Source: Eledone cirrhosa
Taxonomy: Eukaryota
Direction of reading: 5' to 3'
Assembly: GCA_964016885.1 (NCBI GenBank)
Contig: OZ024741.1
Location: 179,862,001-179,926,000, forward strand
DNA: 64,000 bases
The position numbers were made by a program, and so were the translations under genes. Below are positions 57,517 through 64,000 of the stretch, one piece after another. How positions within the stretch are numbered: the first letter of the stretch is position 1; each line of letters opens with the position of its first letter. Below the pieces are notes generated by a model. That model did not search any database. It saw only the letters and a list, made by a program, of their open reading frames with translations, and had not been told where the DNA came from.

Positions 57517-57520
<4 letters not shown>
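55832..57520 (+). mobile_element. Family G: about 665-bp HHR monomer in partial tandem plus inverted full arm, in (TA)n
   Basis: 55832-56425 inverted at 56820-57422; partial or deleted direct copy 56435-56820; 56812-56855 repeated at 57477-57520. Confidence 0.9.
57056..57134 (+). ncRNA. Type-I hammerhead ribozyme motif with extended helix II
   Basis: GTCTC-CTGAAGA-GTCTGT...ACGGAC-GAAA-CCATGG-TA-GAGAT; palindromic helix III ACCATGGT; mirror copy at 56119-56197 (-). Confidence 0.85.
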
Positions 57521-57554
<34 letters not shown>

Positions 57555-57559
57555 CGCGC

Positions 57560-57630
<71 letters not shown>

Positions 57631-57639
57631 GTGTGTGTG

Positions 57640-57705
<66 letters not shown>

Positions 57706-58904
57706 GTGTGTGTGTGTGCAACTTGAACACTTTTTATTTCAATTCTGATCTCAATCGAACAGCTTTGGCACCTTTGTTTCTTAGAGCACGTACCTTAGCT
57801 CCGACAATGCAACATTCGTGTTTCGCATTGAAGAAATGAAATGGTCTACGCCATTCTCGCCGCTAGCACGTCTGTTGCAATGCCAATTTTAATCACCTCC
57901 TCTAATTAAGCTACCAGCTCCCCTTCCTTTTCGATAGCTGCTTCGTTACTAAATGCTATTGAAATTACTCTAATCTCTCTCTTGAGAGTACCCCACCACC
58001 TGTTGTTGACGACACCCCTTGTCAACTTACATTTAACTTAAGTGGTGACCCAGTCTCGACAGTCTTCACGAGTCCTATCTAGGTCGACCATGCAGATCAC
58101 AAATTTATAATATTGATTAAGATAATTATGATAATATAAAGGGGATAACGTTATTGAATTAGTTTTCATTCTAACAGCGAATACGTAAATACATTGGTGA
58201 GTTTTATATCGAATAATAATATTATTCGATTCGTTTGCAAGTAAACAGCCTCATTACGCTATGTGTTTCTCTCTGCTACCGCTACAACAAAAGGATGACG
58301 ATAGTCATCTAAAACACAGAAGCTGTTACTATTACTATTATTAGCAGAAAAACCACCCTCGGATAGTTTTCTGCTATCATGTGTAGTGTGCATATTGATA
58401 TTATACGCAAATATATATGAATGTAGATATGATACGTCAAATAGAATCGTAATTGACAATATGCACAGACATTGAAGAGAGACTGTGTTACCCTCTCTTC
58501 TGTAATCAGTAAAGTAATCCATGATACATTACAAAAAAAAAACCATGTTGTATATAAACTGCATTACGGAGAAATGTAATGAAAACAAAAAAGGAGAAAA
58601 TTAGCGACGGAAATATAAACCTTATATAACGATGCAAATATATACACGTTTATATAAGCGATGTGATAAGTGTTATGATATAACGGACGCTAATCGGAAG
58701 TGTAGACATTTGAAAATTTTAAAGAAGTGAATCTTAAAATAAGCAATATATTATATATAAGAATATTTATGTTTAATCAACAACTACGAAATTTAGTAGA
58801 TACATTTTATAATATTCATTCATAATTTATACACAGTAATCCAACTTATTTTAATAACGTGTTCAGAAAATAATATCCCTGACATAGTCTCGCAGCCCCC
58901 CAAT

Positions 58905-59199
58905 TATTATATATAAGATTCAATATAAAACTCGCGAATTTTATTAAATTACTTATGTACACACGCTTACACACATAATCTCTCACACACATACCTTTAC
59001 ACACACACACATATACACATTTATATACATGCACATACACGAGTATACGTACATACATAAATTAACACACCTACACACGAAATAAAGAAGTAATTGATGA
59101 TGAGAGTTAAGTACCACCTGGTACTAACGTACGTAAAGGAGACTATTACAGGGAATTAAAAACATATTTATAACTAATCTATCTATCTATCTATCTATG

Positions 59200-59234
<35 letters not shown>

Positions 59235-59429
59235 ATACTACTAAAACTCTGTGATTGCTTGCTTGCCTGCTTGTCTGTAATGTAATACAGACAAAAGGTT
59301 GCATAAAGGGAAAATACTTTGAAAGGAAGTTGACCCTGAAATGAGGATACAAATGGGATAAAACAAGTTTCGCGTAAATCGGAGAACGGGTTTCCGGGAT
59401 ATGGGTTTTTTTACCGGATACCTTCATAA

Positions 59430-59493
<64 letters not shown>

Positions 59494-59587
59494 GGTGTTG
59501 TAGTTGTGTATATATGTATATATATATATGTGTGTGTGTGAGACTATGACCAGTATATATAGATCACAGACTCCACACACACACACG

Positions 59588-59669
<82 letters not shown>

Positions 59670-59729
59670 TACATATATATATGTATACACACACAGATTT
59701 ATATATATAAATACCCACACATATATACG

Positions 59730-59780
<51 letters not shown>

Positions 59781-60490
59781 AAACTAGTACATCGTTCCTG
59801 TGTCAGTGTTGAACAAAAAGACGACGATGGTTGCCTGAACACTGTACGGCGTAATTCGGGCTGTTTGTTTACAAACAAACCGAACATTATAATAAATGTT
59901 CGGTAAACCCATGCGTACATATATATATATGTGTGCATGTATGTATATATATACATACTACTGTACGTCTGTATACATATATGTATGTACGTATACATGC
60001 ATACTTACATGTAAGTATCAGCCGTACTAAGAGTGAGAAATGAAATTTCGTTTTATTCTTTTCCATATATATATATATATATATATATATGGTCGTTCCA
60101 GTTTCATTTCACATTATATACATATCTGTGTATATTTTAATTATTTTTAAGTGAACATTATTTTAAAAAAATATTTTGAAGTGAACGTGACACAACGGGT
60201 CACGGGTGGTCTAGTTATATACAAGATTTGATATAAAACTCAATGTTATTAAATTACATTAAATTACATATGTACACGCGTGCTTACACACATACACGCT
60301 CACACACATACGTTTACACACACATATACACATTTATATACATCCACATACGCGCGTACACGTACACACGGAAATTAACACACCCACGTACGCATAAAAA
60401 TGTAAGTGATGACGAGAGTTAAGTACCACCTGGTACTAACGTACGTAAAAGAGACTATTACAGGGAATTGAAAACATATTTATAGCTAAT
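58905..60490. repeat. About 275-bp tandem duplication split by a Helitron
   Basis: 58905-59177 matches 60215-60490 (GAGAGTTAAGTACCACCTGGTACTAACGTACGTAAA.GAGACTATTACAGGGAATT). Confidence 0.8.
59230..60214 (+). mobile_element. Non-autonomous Helitron with nested family R fragment (59779-60066)
   Basis: 5' TCTATATACTACTAAAACT after (TCTA)n; 3' hairpin CGTGAC..GTCACG then CTAG|T. Confidence 0.7.
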
Positions 60491-60685
60491 TATTAATAAA
60501 GATACAATGAAATACAAAAATTGAGAAAATAAAAATAAAAATAAAAATATAAAGTTTATAAAAGGTTATTATGAACATTACTAGTTGATAGAAGTTAATA
60601 GTTAGTAGACTCGAAGTTACGTTAAAAATGTTTATATATATATATATGTATATATATATGTATATATATATGTGTATATGTGTAA

Positions 60686-60731
<46 letters not shown>

Positions 60732-61276
60732 TATTTAGAAGTGAAGCATATCAATTTGTCTCTGGATGTTTACTGAGGAGTGCAGGACATGATATTCCTA
60801 CACTTATTTAACTCGGAACATATTTGGATCTTAAAGTTTAAACTTATCTACGGAACAGGTTTGATTTTGAAATTTAAATGTGTATAAACATCACGGCCTC
60901 TTGGCAATACAGTTCGTCTTCGTTGATTTATTATTTTAAATCGATATGGACAAGCTGTAGTATAATAATTAGTATACTTCAATCTGGCTAAATTTTTCTT
61001 TTGCAATATATATACAGATGTGTTGGTATCTGTGTTTCATCACATACATATTAATTTATATATATATATTTATAATTTATATACCTTATATACATTATAA
61101 AACTCTCTTTTAAAAGAATTGTTCCTCTCATTTTTTCAATAACGTCACTTTGACGAATCAAAGAAAGGAAAAAAAGAAAAAAAAAACAGACCCTTAAATA
61201 TATTTTCCGTGCTATTTCCAATTTCACCTTTTCTCTATAACCACTGATTTGTATAGAACCTTACTTCCCTTTTCAA

Positions 61277-61323
<47 letters not shown>

Positions 61324-61549
61324 CTTACTAACATTCGGATGATTTAAGAAATGTTGGGACAATTCGAGAAATCTAGTCGCTCAACGTAAATGACTATAAT
61401 AATAGTCGATTACTATAAATATTAGTTGAGAAAATATAGTACTAAAAGCAGAAAAATTGGGCAGATACGCCTGCGAGGAATCGATCTCCACATCTGTCGA
61501 ATGCCGAGCGTGTGCGTTGATCATTATTCTAAGTGATTACTGAATGGGA

Positions 61550-61790
61550 CAAGTCCGGGCTCTCGAATTACAGATAACAAAATCCGAGGAAACTAGTGAC
61601 CGCCTGTTTCGGCAAAACATTTGTTATTGGTGTAATATAAAATTTGTTAATTTCCTCTTCCGTTTGAAGAAGAAAGACCTGCCGTTTAAAACTAATTCCT
61701 TCGTCGGAGAGAGAAACTGTATGTCCTTCGGTTTTCCAAAGACTAAGTACAAAAGGTCTGAGCATTTTTTTTCTTTTAACATCATACGAA
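61550..61790 (-). pseudogene. Possible degraded piggyBac transposase fragment
   Basis: EGHTVSLSDEGISFKRQVFLLQ, and GRSFF in another frame, resembling PGxxLSxDExxxxFKGRxxFxQ. Confidence 0.4.
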
Positions 61791-61881
61791 TTTTTTCTTT
61801 TAACATCATACGAATTTATCAAAGTATTCTCTTACGAATTATAGGTACAAGCCACCCGCTGTGAACACAGCATGGACGTTA

Positions 61882-62160
61882 GCAGGCTCGTGGCCTAATG
61901 GGTAATGGTGTTCGACTTGCGATTATAATCTCGTGGGTTGGATTCCTGGACTGGGTTGAGTGTCGTGTTCTTGAGCAAAACACTTCATTTCACGTGGTCC
62001 CTGAATACTCAGCAGAAAATGAGTACCGGTAATAGTTGGTGATTTAACCTGCGATGGACTGGCGTCCTGTCCAGGGGGCAGTCTTGTACTCTTATTCGCT
62101 TCACGGAAACCATCAAGCGCCCGCTTGATAAGCCTCAGAGCTCGAGACATACTTTAGACT
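61882..62160 (+). mobile_element. tRNA-derived SINE with CORE-like and V-domain-like segments
   Basis: A-box GTGGCCTAATGG, B-box GGTTGGATTCC, GTGTTCTTGAGCAAAACACTT, AACCTGCGATGGACTGGCGTCCTGTCCAGGGGG. Confidence 0.75.
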
Positions 62161-62280
62161 TAGCAATCATAAGGTTCCAGTTTCAATCTCACTGCATGGC
62201 ATCTTGGGCAAATGTCATTTACCAGAGCTTGAGTAAAATTGTGTTAACGGAAACTGTTTGGAAGGCCGTTGGTATGAACT

Positions 62281-62506
62281 GTACCTGCAATTCAAAGTGC
62301 CAGCTTTGTTACACAGTGCTATGCTGAATCTTACCGAGAATTACATTACGGTTACACGTGACAATGGAATTCTCAACCAATTGCACGTTAAATTAACGTG
62401 CAAGTATCTGAGCATTCCATGGACACGTATACCTTAAACGTAGTTCCCAGGGAAATTCAGCGTGATACAGTGTATGTAACAAGGCTGGCTCCTTTGAATT
62501 ACAGAC
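62281..62506. mobile_element. Fold-back MITE
   Basis: CTGCAATTCAAAGTGCCAGCTTTGTTACAC ... TGTAACAAGGCTGGCTCCTTTGAATTACAG, centre TTGCACGTTAAATTAACGTGCAA. Confidence 0.7.
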
Positions 62507-62738
62507 ACATCCCATTTCCTCCAGTTGAGTGAACTAAAGCAACGTGAAATAAAGTGTCTTGCTCAAGGACATAATGCACTACTGAGATTCGAACTTGAGC
62601 CGAACACTCCAACCACCCCAATCACTAAGACACACATCTTCATCACATAAACATACCTTCACAACATACACATACTTCCACAACACACACACCACATATG
62701 TACACACACACACACATACAGCACACACGTACGCACGC

Positions 62739-62906
<168 letters not shown>

Positions 62907-63390
62907 CTCACACACACACACACAGAACCTCCAATGATTCTATCATAATACTGAGATTTAGAATTAAAATTGCCCATAAGTTGAATAAAACTCCTATTAA
63001 AAAGCAATAAAAATGGGAAAATACATCTGCCTCAGTCTCTTTTAAACCTTTCAAGATGGAAAGAAACAATATAATTCTATTTAAGAAAATTTATATTATA
63101 TATAATTACTGAGTCAACGTCAACGATGAAGGCTTTAAGTGGTCGTACGATCTGTTAGAAATAACAGCCAGATTTCCTTTTATTTTTCCTCCTTTCGAGA
63201 TCTATAAATAAACTACCAGTCTAGTATTGGGTTCGATCTTTTCTTTTTGTCTCTTATTTTCTGGTGGAAAATATCGACCGTGTCCCGACCTAGGGTGGGT
63301 TACGGCAGGTTTTAAATGTTCGAGATACACTCTCTGCAGAAACTCTAATCCAAATCCAAACCGCAATGCTATAACTCCATTATTAGTTAA

Positions 63391-63583
63391 CCCTTTAGCA
63401 TTTAAACCAGCTGTATCCGGGCAGAATTCTGTCAGCTCATTTTCTATAAACTGGCCATAACTGGCCACACATGTTGATGTTAAGGTATTGTTCTCAAAAT
63501 CTCATAGATTCGATATTATGTGAGATAAAGACTTTACCATGAAAATACAATAGTATATATATACTAATGTAAATGCTAAAGGG
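63391..63583. mobile_element. piggyBac-type MITE
   Basis: TTAA TSDs (63387-63390, 63584-63587) and 14-bp TIRs CCCTTTAGCATTTA/TAAATGCTAAAGGG. Confidence 0.9.
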
Positions 63584-63876
63584 TTAAAGACTCTTTGCCT
63601 TTATTTATTAGGGATGCTATCCGTCATATGATGGACGGGTAATGAAAGGTACCTACTTTTACCACTGTAGGTAATATCAGGTAATATTACAGACGTTCCT
63701 AAGCATAATTTTACCTTCTGTGTTTTTATTTATTCAAATTTAATAATGCATATACAAGATAATGAAATGAATACTAAATTTTAAAATAAAAATAGTTATG
63801 AAATAAAAAAAAAAGATTAATTAAAACAAATTTCCCATTTATATATTTGAAATAAATAGTTAAACTACTACTAGTG

Positions 63877-63927
<51 letters not shown>

Positions 63928-64000
63928 ATGATTGTTTCATTTATTGGCCACAAGGGCCGACATACAGAGGACAATACAATAGACAGGGACAGTGAAGGTT

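Overview
AT-rich eukaryotic DNA, saturated with microsatellites. The repeat families look like an octopod cephalopod genome; this is an inference from SINE motifs and microsatellite density. There is a 200-N scaffold gap at 21368-21567. No intact host gene could be supported, and nearly all ORF-track entries are translations of simple repeats. The window contains: (1) many copies of one young tRNA-derived SINE; (2) Penelope-like element (PLE) remnants, including a GIY-YIG endonuclease pseudogene and an RT N-terminal fragment; (3) at least seven distinct short families carrying type-I hammerhead ribozyme (HHR) motifs, sitting in (TA)n tracts with fold-back (inverted pseudo-LTR) ends; (4) R4/Dong-type RLE LINE fragments embedded in (TATG)n tracts; (5) two non-autonomous Helitrons, pogo/Tigger- and piggyBac-type MITEs and other fold-back elements; (6) large minisatellites. 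The most interesting signal is the set of microsatellite-targeted, ribozyme-bearing and tRNA-headed fold-back retroelements. All structures were folded and aligned by eye, so boundaries are approximate.
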